Positions 40,747 through 55,425 are shown, counted from the first letter of the stretch. The stretch is DNA of 64,000 nt from Chrysomallon squamiferum (GCA_012295275.1 CM022675.1:16678001-16742000), one strand, 5' to 3'. Notes: a model not told the origin generated them from the letters alone. A program made the numbers and translations.

Positions 40747-43700
40747 AATGTTTGTTGTTGTATTTTTTATTGATGGAAAACACCACAGTACACTAGCTAG
40801 TGTTGTTAAATTGATTTTTAGCTCTAATCGCAGTTCACTGTTGCCAACGACATATTTGTTATTAAAAAAATTATAAAATTTCTTAGTAGAATAATTCGTG
40901 TAGTTAACTGGATTCGAATTTTCCTCTGTTTAGTGACATTGCAGTTTCTACATATTAATCACTCTTTAACTTCTGTTTAAAAGCTAACGTCACTGAATTA
41001 CTTATTTATACTCATATTACATATGAATGATGTCTCATTTGCTAGAGGAAGTAGGGTGTTGTCCTTCTACAGTAGTAGTTGACGTATGGAACATCCTCTC
41101 CACCCAGTATCGGTGATCATGTAATCATTCAGTACCAACTGATCCAATCTGTACGGAAAAATATTTAGTCATTGGGTTTTATTAATATATATATAAAACT
41201 GGTTTGTTTAATAAATGTACTTGTCAGGCACAACTTGATCAGCCTAACACTTAAACTACATATGTGTTTCTGATTTAAAGTGCTTAAATATTGTGATAAC
41301 AAATAACTGATTTTCATATTTTCATATTATTTCCTGCTTCGAAAGCAATGCCTGGCGAAAACATCCTACGTTCGATATTAAAACAATATTATACGATATT
41401 AACATAATATTATACCTAGCTAATAACATAATGTATTATTACGTGTGACGTAAATGACCAGTCAGATTATCTAATGTCAGCTGGCAGTAGTGTATTCCAA
41501 AGAAACAGCGGGAGTTTTATCATTATACCTGCCAGACCAATTTTTATTAAACAGCTTTCGTGTTAGCTGAAATGAAAATCTGTATGTGTCCGTGTTCAAT
41601 ACACAGCATCCTGTTCAATACACAGTATCCTGTTCAATACACAGTATCCTGTTCAATATGCAGTATCCTGACCTGTCCTCTCTTTGACACAGGACAGCGT
41701 TAGGGAGAGACTGCTGGTATTGCCGGGAAGGATGTTTGTCCAATAAACAACTTTAAATTTCCGATGGACTACATTTTTATTGCTTTGTAAACTGATTGTT
41801 GTGAGGACAGTATTATTTTCAGTAATATAGTCTAGCAGTTTTTTAGTCTCCGGTAACTTTGCTAAGTTTCACTTTTCTAATACGTTATAACAAGTAGTTG
41901 CAGGTGTATGTGGGTTTAATATTAACAGAAAAAACATATTTCAATGTTATAATTTAATTTACTAATTTAATTAATTATCTTACCATTATGGGTTGTATTT
42001 CGGTTGACAAGGTGACTGAATCTGACCGATATCTAGATCAGATCCCGGTGATATTGTTTAGTCATCATTATTTTTTTTACGTGTGGATATTTAGTTACGT
42101 TGTCACAACATAATTTTGTATAATAACGTACTAATAACATTATAATTTGTTTGAGATAAGGTATTTTCATAACGTAATAATAACTTTTTTATAGTTACGT
42201 TGTCACAACGTTATACAGGTTAGCTGTAGTTTAGATTAAGCGAAAAAGACGTGCGTGTGCGTATGTTTCAATTATATATATATATATATATATAAAATAC
42301 ATTAAAAATACTTCCCACACTGATTAGATAGAAAACGCGCAACATTTGAAAGTCGAATTTTTTAATATAATGGACTTTAAGGATTTCTGTTCTTAATTAA
42401 TTAATTAATTTATTTATTTTCTGCAGAGATGTGATTCAAATTTGAAATGTGAATTTTTCAGGGAGTTGCGACCTTTGATCAGATATCCACATTATCCAAA
42501 ATATAATATGAACATAAACTGACGATTGTGACATTAATGGAAACTTTCTGAGTGATCACAAACTAAATCTAGAAAAAAAAAGAAAAAACAATTAACAAAA
42601 CAAACCTAAGAAAAAATCACTGTAATCAGGAAAAACATAAATTTATGAAAATACTGTTCGCAAGCTTTTTTCCATACTTATTTAATAATACATAATTATT
42701 ATTTTTTTATTATTTTATTATTACAAACTCACAGGACACCAAAAAAGAACTGGTTATTCATTAACAGCCTCCGTTTTGTTTATGTTTTACTGGAGTTCTT
42801 CATCAAAGAAAAAAACAAAGCTGCCTTTGAGATTTTGGTTAAGATCGATTTGCTGATGTTTCCCTACTTCATCTTATGTTTCTATATGAAAATGAAAAGT
42901 TTCTGCAGAAAACACAATAAATGCCAAAATAATAATAAAATAAATAAATAGGCACCCTCCAAAGTGTTGTTCTGTTTTCTTTTAAACGACGATACAAATG
43001 ACAGTTACTGGCACAAAAACTGTGCTTTTGTTTCTTTTCAAAAGGCGATAATCACTATTCCAGTTTTTCGTTTTTCTTAAAACAATACAGTGGATATATG
43101 GCATTGTATTACGAATCTCTTCAAATAGTCCTCTTATCCAAAACTGCAAAATTACTGAACCAAGAAAAATTTACCAAAACTTATCCAAAACTGCAAAATT
43201 ACACATAGATAATTCACCGTTTTTCTTTAAGATTATTTTAAGTGATCAAGACATTGAATTGAACATTATACTCTATTTTTAACATTTAAAATATTTGATA
43301 TACATATTTCCAAATAAATAGAAACAGTCAGAAAGGAAATCTTCATTGACATTTTGCAAACAATATATTTTGGTTAAATGTATTTCTAAGTTTTTCCTCG
43401 CCATTGAAGTTACTAAATGTATACAGAGCATAAGAACAAACCTACACATAAAGAAATATTGATAATAGTCCTCAATGAAATATTCAATAAAAATAAAATA
43501 AAGTCAGGCTGTTTTCCGTGGAGCATTCACGAGCTGTTCCTTCTTTCATTCCATTTTTATGAGCATTTCTATGTCTATTAAGTACATGTATATATACAAA
43601 TGGTATACAGTTAAATATTAATAATCACCTTTATAAGAGAATACTCATTTCTGATTGGATTTAGGCACCAGGTTCAATGTTCCGGACCGGTATTAATGAA

Positions 43701-44064
43701 TTTGCTGTAATTACTTTGCACAATTATCCAATTATAGATATATGTATTCATTTCTGGTGTCGCAGAAAAAGAAGATGATGCAAGTCTTGTAACGTTTCAT
43801 TTTGCGTACAGTGTTTTGAAATTTACCACATTGCGCTTTTGAAGTATATTTTGGCAGATTTCATTATGTAATAAGAAAATTACTGATCACACTGATCTTT
43901 TGAACAGAATAGAGCTACGCAGGGTATAAGATGACCTGACACTTCCACTGTCTAAGTGAACAGCTAACCGGCGCAGTGACTCCCGCTCAGTGACTACGGA
44001 AATGACGACATAAAGTCATCTTCACTCCTCCGAAGTTCATCAACCAAAATATCAGCTTTGAAAC

Positions 44065-44432
44065 CAATACACTAATCAGTGAACACAAACCAGTATACTA
44101 ATCAGTGAACACAAACCAGTATACTAATCAGTGAACACAAACCAGTATACTAATCAGTGAAAACAAACCAGTATACTAATCAGTGAACACAAACCAGTAT
44201 ACTAATCAGTGAACACAAGTCAGTATACTAATCAGTGAAAACAAGTCAGTATACTAATCAGTGAAAACAAGTCAGTATACTAATCAGTGAAAACAAGTCA
44301 GTATACTAATCAGTGAAATCAAGTCAGTATACTAATCAATGAAAATAAACCAGTATACTAATCAGTGAAAACAAACCAGTATACTAATCAGTGAAAACAA
44401 ACCAATATATTAATCAGTGAAAACAAACCAGT
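44065..44432. repeat. Minisatellite, 26-bp unit, ~14 copies
   Basis: Unit CAGTATACTAATCAGTGAA(C/A)ACAA(AC/GT). Confidence 0.95.
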
Positions 44433-44885
44433 CATTCTCGCCACTCAACTGTTGAGTCAACCGTTTGAGAGACAAATCATGTTCAGTGATCCGAGCCCAA
44501 TTTTGTTATTTATTTTGTTATTTATTTTTCACACGCACGCACATCCACAAACACACTCACACAAAAGCACATGTAAAAAAGACAAATTTAAACACAGCTA
44601 CTGACTTTTAAACTAAACATACATGGACCTTCTCTTCATATATCTACAGCAGATTCTGACTTAACATCATCATGACCGCATCAAACAAAGTGTTTGTTTG
44701 AAATTTGAATTGATCAGTCCTTTGTCTTTTTGTGAGCAATTTTCCGTTCCAGCCACTGACTGCTTATTAAGGTGCTCTGTGGATTTAAAAACGTATTGAT
44801 GCTTATGGAAAAAAAAAATATTTATAAAAAAATTTTCCCTCAAAGCATTTCAAATTTTATACAGAAATCGTAGAAGAAAACATTA

Positions 44886-45155
44886 TTTACACTGTGGTCT
44901 GTTTAAACTGTGGTCTGTTTACACTGTGGTCTGTTTACACTGTGGTCTGTAACTGGGACTTGGACACCGTGCGACCAACTAGCAAACAGATATTGAAGTT
45001 AGTGTCTATCAGAACCGTATTGAAGTTAGTGTCTATCAGAACCGTATTGAAGTTAGTGTCTATCAGAACCGTATTGAAGATAGTGTCTATCAGAACCGTA
45101 TTGAAGTTAGTGTCTATCAGAACCGTATTGAAGTTAGTGTCTATCAGAACCGTAT
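44886..45155. repeat. Two minisatellites (16-bp x4 at ~44886-44950; 27-bp x6 at 44991-45155)
   Basis: Units TTTACACTGTGGTCTG and TATTGAAGTTAGTGTCTATCAGAACCG. Confidence 0.9.
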
Positions 45156-45924
45156 ATCAGAAAGGCTGCATCAAAAAGGTATAAAAAAATAGGGGAATAC
45201 TTCCGAAATTTCCAAAAGATCGGCTAAAGTAGCTATCGTGGAAGAAATTTTGCGAAAAGTAGAAATTATGTATATATTTATATATTGATGAAAAGCTGAT
45301 TTTCAAAAGAGGAAAATAAAATTGATTGGCTAGAACCTCGAGTTTTCAGAAGGGTTGATGGCAGATTTTCTTTTTGGCATCAACTTAGGAATATTTTCGG
45401 AACGGAAGTACTCCAAAATCCGATCTGAACATATTTACAATTCTAGAATTAATTAACCCATATCTGTTTAATATTTAATATACAGGTTCCTACACTAATA
45501 CACTGGATACTGTCACTAAATGTTTCTGGCGGCGGCCATGTTGAAAAACTACTATATCTGATCGTATGTTCCAAACAGTTTGCTGCCGATATCTCAAACG
45601 TCATTGCTGTTAATCTTCTGACCAAAATGATGTCATTCATGGGAGAAACTGATAATGATTATTAGCACACCTGTCTCTAGCTACTTAGTAGCATCATAAT
45701 TTTGTACTATTGAATCATATTTAAACTAAATCTACCATCAAAGCTTCTAAATTCTGGGGATATTGTCACAAAAGTTCAAAACTCTATTGATCTAAATTCA
45801 TTTCGTGGCTGCCATTTTGAAAAATGGCTACTTTTGGTAACCATTTCCTGTCTGATCAAATTCATATAACTCTTTAATGAATTTCATTGTTCACACATTA
45901 ATTAATTCTAACATAGTAAAATAC

Positions 45925-45965
<41 letters not shown>

Positions 45966-45966
45966 A

Positions 45967-46689
45967 CAGTATTCCCTCGCTATTCGCGGGGGTTACGTTC
46001 TTTACCCTCCCGCGAATAGCGAAAAACCGCGAATATTGGATGCAGTTTTAAAACGTCTATTATGAGATTATATACGGTACTAAATGCTTCCCAAGCACTT
46101 TCTAAAGACACTCTTACTCATTAATACAGTAATAATGTAGTAATATTGCATGCAGTTATGTATTTCACTAATGTAGTAATGATAATGTAAACACATTTTA
46201 ATTTTGTACTGAAACAATATTTTAATCAGAAAGAAACGTAAGTACAGGAGGACAGTAACACCGCATAGCACAGTAACCCATACAGTATTACTGTACCGTA
46301 AAGTCATTTTCTATGCGTACAACATATGTATTAGAATTGCCAGAAAGTGGAACAAATTTAAAGGCAAACAGACAGATAAATACAGTACGCACAGTTCAGG
46401 TAATAATAATACAATTCAGTAATAATATGCAATTAAAAACATTATTAATACACGGTCACAAAAAATATGCACTGTACATACAGTGTAAGCATTTATAAAA
46501 AAATACGTACTGTATTGCAATAATAATTGAAAAAATTTGATATTGTTTGTGCGGTTTACCGAGCATTTGTTTTTATGACGTTATGATGCTCGCCTGGTAT
46601 ACCAGCATCCCATGCGATAGGGTTAAGAGCCTAACCCGCGAATATGCGGGGCCGCGAATGGGGAACCGCGAACAGGTGAGGGTATACTG
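45967..46689. mobile_element. Non-autonomous Tc1/mariner-superfamily (Tigger/pogo-like) MITE
   Basis: Imperfect TIRs CAGTATTCCCTCGCTATTCGCGG / CCGCGAACAGGTGAGGGTATACTG, TA on both flanks, internal CCGCGAATA repeats, no transposase ORF. Confidence 0.8.
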
Positions 46690-47240
46690 TATATCTTAAT
46701 TTCTCGTATTGATGGTGTTAAAATAATCCTCAGATCTACATCTAATTGGGTTCTACAGATACATGGACTATCGAGGAAGCATCATATAAAATTTAACTCA
46801 TAAAAATTATAAATGAGCTGACGGTATTTTCCCATTTCTATGACTAAAAACCAATTCAGAATTTGATATCGAAGTTTGTGAGTAGCTTATCATCATCAGG
46901 TTATCATCATTAGTTTGAACAGCCATTTAAATTAACTCATCTTCTCTATGACATTCCAGCTCAGATTAATAAGGAAAATACTACAAAGTTAACAACAAAT
47001 AAATGCCTTGATTGTTTCTCTTTGAGATGACACTCTTAGGCTACTAGATTTTAACTCTTTTTTTTTTCGTAAAGTGACCAACAATGGTGACCTAAGCGAG
47101 GTTTGACATTGATTCTCCTTAGAACATTATTTTCTACGATTTAGTTCTCGTATAGAGTGTACGACTGCGGCTTGGAAGTTGGTAGGATCTATCCTCGATA
47201 GAGTATATTTTTATATTTATAAGAGTTTATTAGTTTATCT

Positions 47241-47326
<86 letters not shown>

Positions 47327-47690
47327 TGTGTAAAAACAAAACAAAACAAATTACAGCTGTTAAGATTATTTAATCTTTTGAAATTAACAGTGATGTTCTA
47401 TACTTTAGAATTTCTGTTTTCTGAAAAATAAAAAATAAATTGTTTTACACAAACATGAAAACCTAAAAAAAATTGGAAATTGGAAATTTATGCTCAAATC
47501 TATCTATCTATATATCTATACATTTTTGTATATATTTCGTTTTAAATACCTGCACATTGATCAAAAAGCAGTGTTTAACAAGATCAGTATTCATCGATGT
47601 TCTCATATGTGTGCCTGTATGTGTGTGTGTGCGTTAGTTTGTTATCAGAATTATTGTTTTTAACAGAACATGCTAGCACTGAAAGTAAAA

Positions 47691-49280
47691 TTAATATTGA
47701 ACAAATAATAAAGTCATATTACATGGACAAATTGATTTGCAAACGTTAGGATTTGCAGCACAGAATGTAGCAGTTCCAGTTTGTTGACTTCGCTGAGTCA
47801 TTATTCTGCAGAACCAAGTACCTCTGTCTGCGCATCCCCACGGTGCTGCGAAAATTCAATATCATCACCATCATCATCATTATCAACGTCATTATCATTA
47901 TTTTCATCATCACAATCACCATCATCATCATAATTATCATCATCTTTGCCGTCATAATCATTATCATTATTATCATCATCATCTTTATCATCATTGTCAT
48001 CGTCGTCATCGGCATTATCATTATTATTGTCATTGTTGTTGCTGTTGTCGTCGTTATCATTTTTGTCGACAATTTCATCATCATCTTTTTATATAATTAT
48101 TTTCTATTGATTATTTATTGAGTTTTCATTAGAATTTTAATAATTTAAAACACCTGACAAATATATAAACTATTATTAACTGCAAACACAAAAGGAATAT
48201 AAAAATGTTGTTACTTTCTTTTCGACTTATATACGTACAGTGTCAGAATAAACATAAGTTCTACGACAACTTAAAGTACACTTACTTGTACAAGTTCCGC
48301 AAGATTGTTTGCAGTTGTTAGATACGACTGATAACGTACACGAGGTTGCAAAGGCTGTTGCAGCTTCAGCCTGAGCTCCAGCGGCACAACCTGATGACAA
48401 AACAAGAAAAAAGAATGCACTGTAATTGACTAGAACTCTGTGCATACTACAGTTAAAGGTTATTTATGTGAAATGTGTTTTTCTTTGCTTTATTTATTTT
48501 ATATTTTATATTTCATTTATATAATGTTCTTAGTGTGTGGGAATAGATAATTAATTTAGGTATTTTTTATAGTTTCGTTAATATAATATAATATAATATA
48601 ATATAATATAATATAATATAATATAATATAATATAATATAATGTCGCATACTGTAATGAGGTATACTGCAGGAAAGTGTAATATAGTATATAATAGAGCA
48701 GTGTAGTAGATCATAGCATAGCATAATGCAGTGTAGTAATGTATAGTATATTATTGTAGAGTATAGTAGAATAGAATTGAGTTTACAGTTAAGTAGAATA
48801 GAGTAGAGTTGAGTTTATAGTAGAATAGAGTAGAGTTGAGTTTATAGTAGAGTAGAGTAGAGTTGAGTTTATAGTAGAATAGAGTATTACATAACATTAT
48901 ATTTACTTTAGCGAGAAAAGCGAGTGTTTGCGACAGTTTAATGAGTAGTAAGGATAATTAAACAGCGTAATATCTTAAAAACAAACAAATAAAGAGCAAA
49001 CACACATATAAAAAACCAAAGAAACAAACCAAACAAACAAAACCCAAACAAAAACAACAACAACAACAAAAAAAAACAATCCACTAAAAAAACCCCACCA
49101 AAACAATGTTAAGAGAATCATCAAAATAATAGTGATATAAATATTCTTACTAAGCTCGCAGTTCTGTCCATACTTGTCATCTGTGCACGCTTTTAAAAAA
49201 TAAAAATAAAAATTAAACACTTTACATTAGAATCATTGATATCTATACATCAGTTAATTTAGTATAAACTTGAATTAGTT

Positions 49281-49344
<64 letters not shown>

Positions 49345-49697
49345 AGGTGTAACCATACTATTGTATATGTACTATATTTCTAAGTAACCATATACATATA
49401 AATATACGTAGTTGATAATGTACGGAAACATAAAAAAAAAATTTAATTTAATAAAAAGAAAACGTTAAAAGAATTTAAGATATTAATAGCTAGACTTGTT
49501 ATCTCCAATACTACATACACACACACGCAAAGACGATTATCGCCAACATTTAGTGTGTACTATTTCACCAGCTAAAACAAAAGTAATAAAGAATTTATTT
49601 CAAATACGCACAAAATGTATAAATAAATATAATACTTACCCTGACAAGTTGAATATAACATTACCATGCAAACAACAAATATTTGTAAGAACAACAT
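47691..49697 (-). CDS. Gene E: small secreted cysteine-rich protein, close paralogue of D, SP + 2-Cys EGF C-loop + 2 ShKT-like modules (~118 aa)
   Basis: Exons: 49697-49640 (MLFLQIFVVCMVMLYSTCQG), 49189-49151 (CTDDKYGQNCEL), 48390-48286 (CAAGAQAEAATAFATSCTLSVVSNNCKQSCGTCT), 47845-47691 (PWGCADRGTWFCRIMTQRSQQTGTATFCAANPNVCKSICPCNMTLLFVQY*). Alternative end: donor after 47723 spliced to 47549-47542 (T|GT ATT TAA). Confidence 0.85.
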
Positions 49698-49747
49698 TTT
49701 TACAACAGATCTCGTCTTCTCTGATCTCTGATGTCTACACAGAAATG

Positions 49748-49762
49748 TTTCCTTTATTTATA
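49748..49762 (-). promoter_or_regulatory. TATA box of gene E
   Basis: Same 15-mer on the minus strand about 50 nt upstream of ATG 49697. Confidence 0.75.
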
Positions 49763-50115
49763 GTCAGAAGATGTTCTGTATCTTAATTAATTTTTGTAGA
49801 AAGTCACGTTTTCATCTTGTTCAAGTTTAGCAGATGCTACCTATTTTATCAGAAAATCGCTTTAATTCGTTTAACTGCTTTAAATTTTATGGGTCAAAAC
49901 GACTTCACGTATTTCTTATGTCATGCTCCATTTAACATCTGGGTTAAAATATTCTAATCAAAATCAGTGCAATAAAACAAATGTATTTTGTTAAAGTGTT
50001 AGTTCTATAACTTTATTTTATTCTATTTTTTGTTGAATATTTCACTGAGCATTGCAAAAATATTTCTTTAAACTGTTTATGCGTGATCATCTTTTTACAT
50101 TTAGCATTTTTATTA

Positions 50116-50183
<68 letters not shown>

Positions 50184-51276
50184 GTTATGATTATTATTAT
50201 TAGTAGTAGTAGTAGTAGTAGTATAATTATTATTAACATTTTTGGAAACAATTTTAATCAGTATTCGATATCTGTTTAAAAGTATTAAAACAATTTTTAA
50301 AAATTATAAATTTATTTACTTAAATTAAACAAATATTTGTTATTTCTTTCTAAAAAAAAATTAAAAAAAAAACAAAAAAAAAAAAAAATCAGTGAGGGTA
50401 TTTTAATATCAGTGTGTAAGACGATGTGCAGAAATTCAGTTACTTGTACTCAAATGGTGAAGGTCGGCCCAGGTAAAACGTAAATGAAAGAACGTGATAA
50501 TTAAAAATTAGAACAAAGCATCTAACCAATCAGACGACAGCTTTCATTCTTCTGCATGTCACCGATTTGTTGGTTTCCCTAGATAAATGTATTTTATCTG
50601 TCAATAGCGTTAATCAATAATAAAATAGTCTGATTTAGTTGTACGTACTTTACTTAAATTTTATGATGACCATACAATAAATTAAATCGGACAGTAGTGT
50701 CCACCAATTAATTTCCTGATAAAAAAAACAACGAGTACAAAATTAACTGTCAAGCTGTCTCATGTCCGACTCCTCAGCAGGTTGTAGACTAGCTACGTAC
50801 TTTCTGACTGTTTTACACTCACCATATTACTTTACTAAATTTTCTGACAGTTGTCTGAATTATAAATAACCCATTAAATAACACACAAAAATAATTTTTA
50901 TAGAGAGTTTCTCGAAAACCCTTCTAGTACATTACTTTAATAACTGAGATGATCAGTACAAAGAAAACACACACATTAAGGTCAGTGACGGATGTTTTTG
51001 TGATGCCTCGCGGCTGTTTTTCAACTCTTTACCTACTCTTGTTTGTTTGTTTTCCTTATTTTTTTAATATACGTACAAACAACGTACTTTTATGTAGGTG
51101 TATCTGTATGCATGGAGGTGTACGTGTAATTGTGCGTGTATATATGTTCTCTTGTATTTGTGTATGTTAGTATGTGAGTGTGTGTGTGTGTGAATGTATA
51201 TAATGTTTGTATATTTCTGTATGTATGGAATGTAATTATGCATGTCTGTTATTTTCTCTCAGTGTATGCATTCGTA

Positions 51277-51334
<58 letters not shown>

Positions 51335-51335
51335 T

Positions 51336-51378
<43 letters not shown>

Positions 51379-51738
51379 TATATATATATATATACACGTA
51401 TTTATAGTCGTATGTATATATATATAGCTATAGATATATTTATGTATGTATGTACGTATGAGTATTTGTAGGCATAGGTACGTCGGGTATGTGTGTGTAT
51501 TTGGAATATTCTACAGACTTATGTTAGACTGCACACAGACAATGATGGGGAACGCGTGGGTACAGGAGAACAAAGACGTTAAAATTGAAAGGCAAAAGAC
51601 TGTTTATATGTAAAACAAATACACTATATTTCTAATATACCAAAACATACACAAAAAGAAGCAAAGGTAACAACAACAACAACAACAACAACACCAGCAA
51701 CAATAGGAACAATAACAGTAATAATATAAATAATGTTG

Positions 51739-51786
<48 letters not shown>

Positions 51787-52832
51787 GAAAGAAAAAGGAA
51801 AAAAGAAAAAAGCAAGGCTAAAAAACAACAGAACAAAAGTATCAGACCCTACTGGTATTGTAACTAAGACCGAATCGTTAGGGTTGCTATTGCACTGGTG
51901 TTTGATCAGCTCAGGTGTTCCACTATTTGTGTTACTGTTATTGCAGTAGAATATTTTACTTTTTCCTCTCTAAATAACTGCTAACGTTACGACTCTTTCT
52001 CAGTAACGTGCATCGTACGTAACAACGTGTCTCTGGTTTTGTGTAAAACAAATATTTTTCTGTTTCACGAAGTCATTCATACCGCTCATCTCTAGCTATT
52101 TGTCACTGCTGCTACATCCTGCTAATAACGTCATCAACATCGTCATCATCTCTGTCCCTTCCACTCTGGCATTTTCTGATTCTCGCTCCATTCTCACTAA
52201 TATTGTTAGTGGATCTGTTAATGTTACTTTGAATATTAAATAATTTCTTAAAATTTCACTAAATATTTAGTTCAAACGTTCAAAGGATATTTTATTTTAA
52301 ATGTAATTAATTATCTCAGTTTAGATTTTGAATAATTAGTCCAATTAAAGTTTTGATTAAGGACATAATTATCACGTCTTTTGCATGTACGAAAAGTCAG
52401 CGACGTGCAAATTATCACAGGGAACAAAAAGAGGATAACAACACAACACTTTCTTCTACAACTGACTGAGACTGGCTGTTGGCATCTAGAAAGTTTTGTC
52501 TGACTTAGCAGGACTCGAGTACAAAGAAGTCGAATGGTGGAGCGTCAAAAACAGGTGTTGTGAATCCCGTACGTGCCTCAGGACTCGTGAAAATCAAAAA
52601 TGGGTCAACGTAACCTGACGTGTCACATTCGTCTTTACGCCTGCTGTTGAGTCACGTGTTGGACGTAAACGTCCACTACCCGGCGCATTCACAGCAGTCT
52701 CGTTCTGAGCGGGGCTGAGGGCGACCCCAGGAGAAGAGGGAGAGTCAAGTGCAAGACATTAACAAAATATGAGAAGTTACTATGATGATTAATTATGAAT
52801 AATAGGTGATAGTATATAAAACAAATTGCAAC

Positions 52833-52933
<101 letters not shown>

Positions 52934-53398
52934 GGATGGCATCTACAGTGATAGTAGAAATAGCAGATACAAATAAAATAAAATAAATAAATAAAATAAG
53001 ATAATTTTCAAAAAAAAAAAAAAACATAACAATTGCTGTAATTATTTATTTTCTTTGAAAACATCCTAATCTTCTATATTGCTGTCTTCTCTCCAAAGAA
53101 TCAATCCTAGAAGAAAAAAAATTACCTTTTTAATTCCGCAATATATTTTACAATGTTATTTAATTACAGAGAATAAATACGAACTAGTACTAAATTATAA
53201 AATTATTTCAAGTATTTATTGCCAGTTATTTCAGTTGCTGTATGCTTCATTCGAACTGAGTAAGATAACAAAATGAATTTTGAGTTATATTCATTATATT
53301 ATTTTCTTTCATTTCTACCAGAAAGTAAAAATATGTAATAAATTTGTGTTGAATGGATATAATGTATAATCAGATAATGAAGCCATATTACATTAAGA

Positions 53399-54527
53399 TT
53401 ACATGATGCATAAATAAATAAATAAATAGATAAATAAATAAGTTACATTACATTTACAAAATGCTTTGCACTCTCCTGACTTCATTTTAGCACAGAAATC
53501 AGCTTTCCCTGAAGTTTTATTTCTTCGTTTCAATACTCGACAGAAAAATAAACTTCTATCCCTGCAACCTGCAGCTAAATAAATAAATAAATAAATAAAT
53601 AAATATTAGTAATAAGACGCTGTGGATTACATATACTGTAATTAAATAATAATGATAATGATAAAGATAATTTGTACAGTTCTGTTTTAATATACATTTT
53701 AATTTATACAACTCTGTTTTAATATACATTTTAATTTGTACAACTCTGTTGTAGTATACATTTTAATTTATACAACTCTGTTTTAATATACATTTTAATT
53801 TATACAACTCTGTTTTAATATACATTTTAATTTATACAACTCTGTTTTAATATACATTTTAATTTATACAACTCTGTTTTAATATACATTTTAATTTGTA
53901 CAACTCTGTTGTAGTATACATTTTAGGTTGTACAACTCTGTTATAACGTACGTTGTAATGTATACAAGTCTGTTAGTTTATACGTTTTAATTTGTACAGC
54001 TGTTATAGAATAGGTTTTAATTTTCACGACTCTGATAGAAATATACATTGTAATATGTACAACTCTTTTAGAAAATACATTGAATTTGTTCAATTCTTTT
54101 AGAATCTATGTTGTAATTTGTACAACTCTGTAAACTCACAGGAAGGATCACAAAGTCCACACCATTGTCTGCAGTTGTTTCGCACAAATGATGTTGCGCA
54201 TGACTTTTTCTTGTAGGGTCTAGAAGCTTCCGAAATACCAGCCACACAACCTGACAAATAAACCATAATAATGAATTAATGCGTGTTTTTACATGTTTCA
54301 GTTAATGGTTATTTTAATTATATGGTGTTCTCTCTCTTTTTATTTATTTATTTATTTATTAATTTCTTTTAAGTTTCGTTTTACTGAAATGTGAACTACT
54401 ATAGCATCGACATTATGAAGTGTTTGTTTTGGGTAATATCTCTTTTTAGAAAAACTAAACACATTACATGTATGTATGTATTCATCATGAGAGTACACAG
54501 GTGTGTATATATATGTATGCATGTATA

Positions 54528-54584
<57 letters not shown>

Positions 54585-55425
54585 GTATGTTTGTATGTAT
54601 GTTGGTGTATATGTCTGTATGTATGTATACGTGTTTACTGATTGTTCTTCTTTCGGTAGTTTACTGTTTAAAGTAGCTAAAATTAATAGATGTTTACTAA
54701 AAACTAAATTATTATAATAAAATGTACTTACTTTTCTCACACTCATCGCCGTAGTATCTGTTTCGACATTTGCACGTGCACGTTGTTTTATCGAGAGTCC
54801 CTCCGGTCTTACATGTGCGTGCACACTTTTCTTAAAGTGGAAATTAAAACAAATTTACTTGTACGTCTACGTGTCTGTCCGTGTACGATCATTTTTAAAT
54901 TTATTTATTTATTTATTAGTTATTGTTATTGTTGTTGTTGCTGCTGTTGTTGTTGCTGTTGTTGTTGTTATTATTATTCTTCTTATTATTATTATTAACT
55001 TTACAATCACAATAATAACTGATGTATCTGCTCTACTTGGATCAATCTTGCTATGTACATATTAGATTTACTTTATTTTAACTTAGACTTCTGTTGTGAT
55101 GTTTCGATTATTTTGAAATTTATGTTTTTTTTTTTTTTCTTCTTTTTTTTCATTTTATTATTTATTATTATTATTCTTTTATATTTTTAATTTACTTTAG
55201 GGACTTACGGTTACAGTAAATATATATATTTCTTTCTGATTCAAACTGCCGAGAATGTTTATATTTTCTATGTTATATTTATTTAGTTATGATAATGAAA
55301 ATGAGCATACCACAGTTTGCTCCCTTCCATGGAGAAACACATTCACAAGTGTTACACTCTGGATTTGGCGTACCACCGTTTTGACATTGCAAACCACATT
55401 TACCTGAAAACATTTAGTAGTAGTA

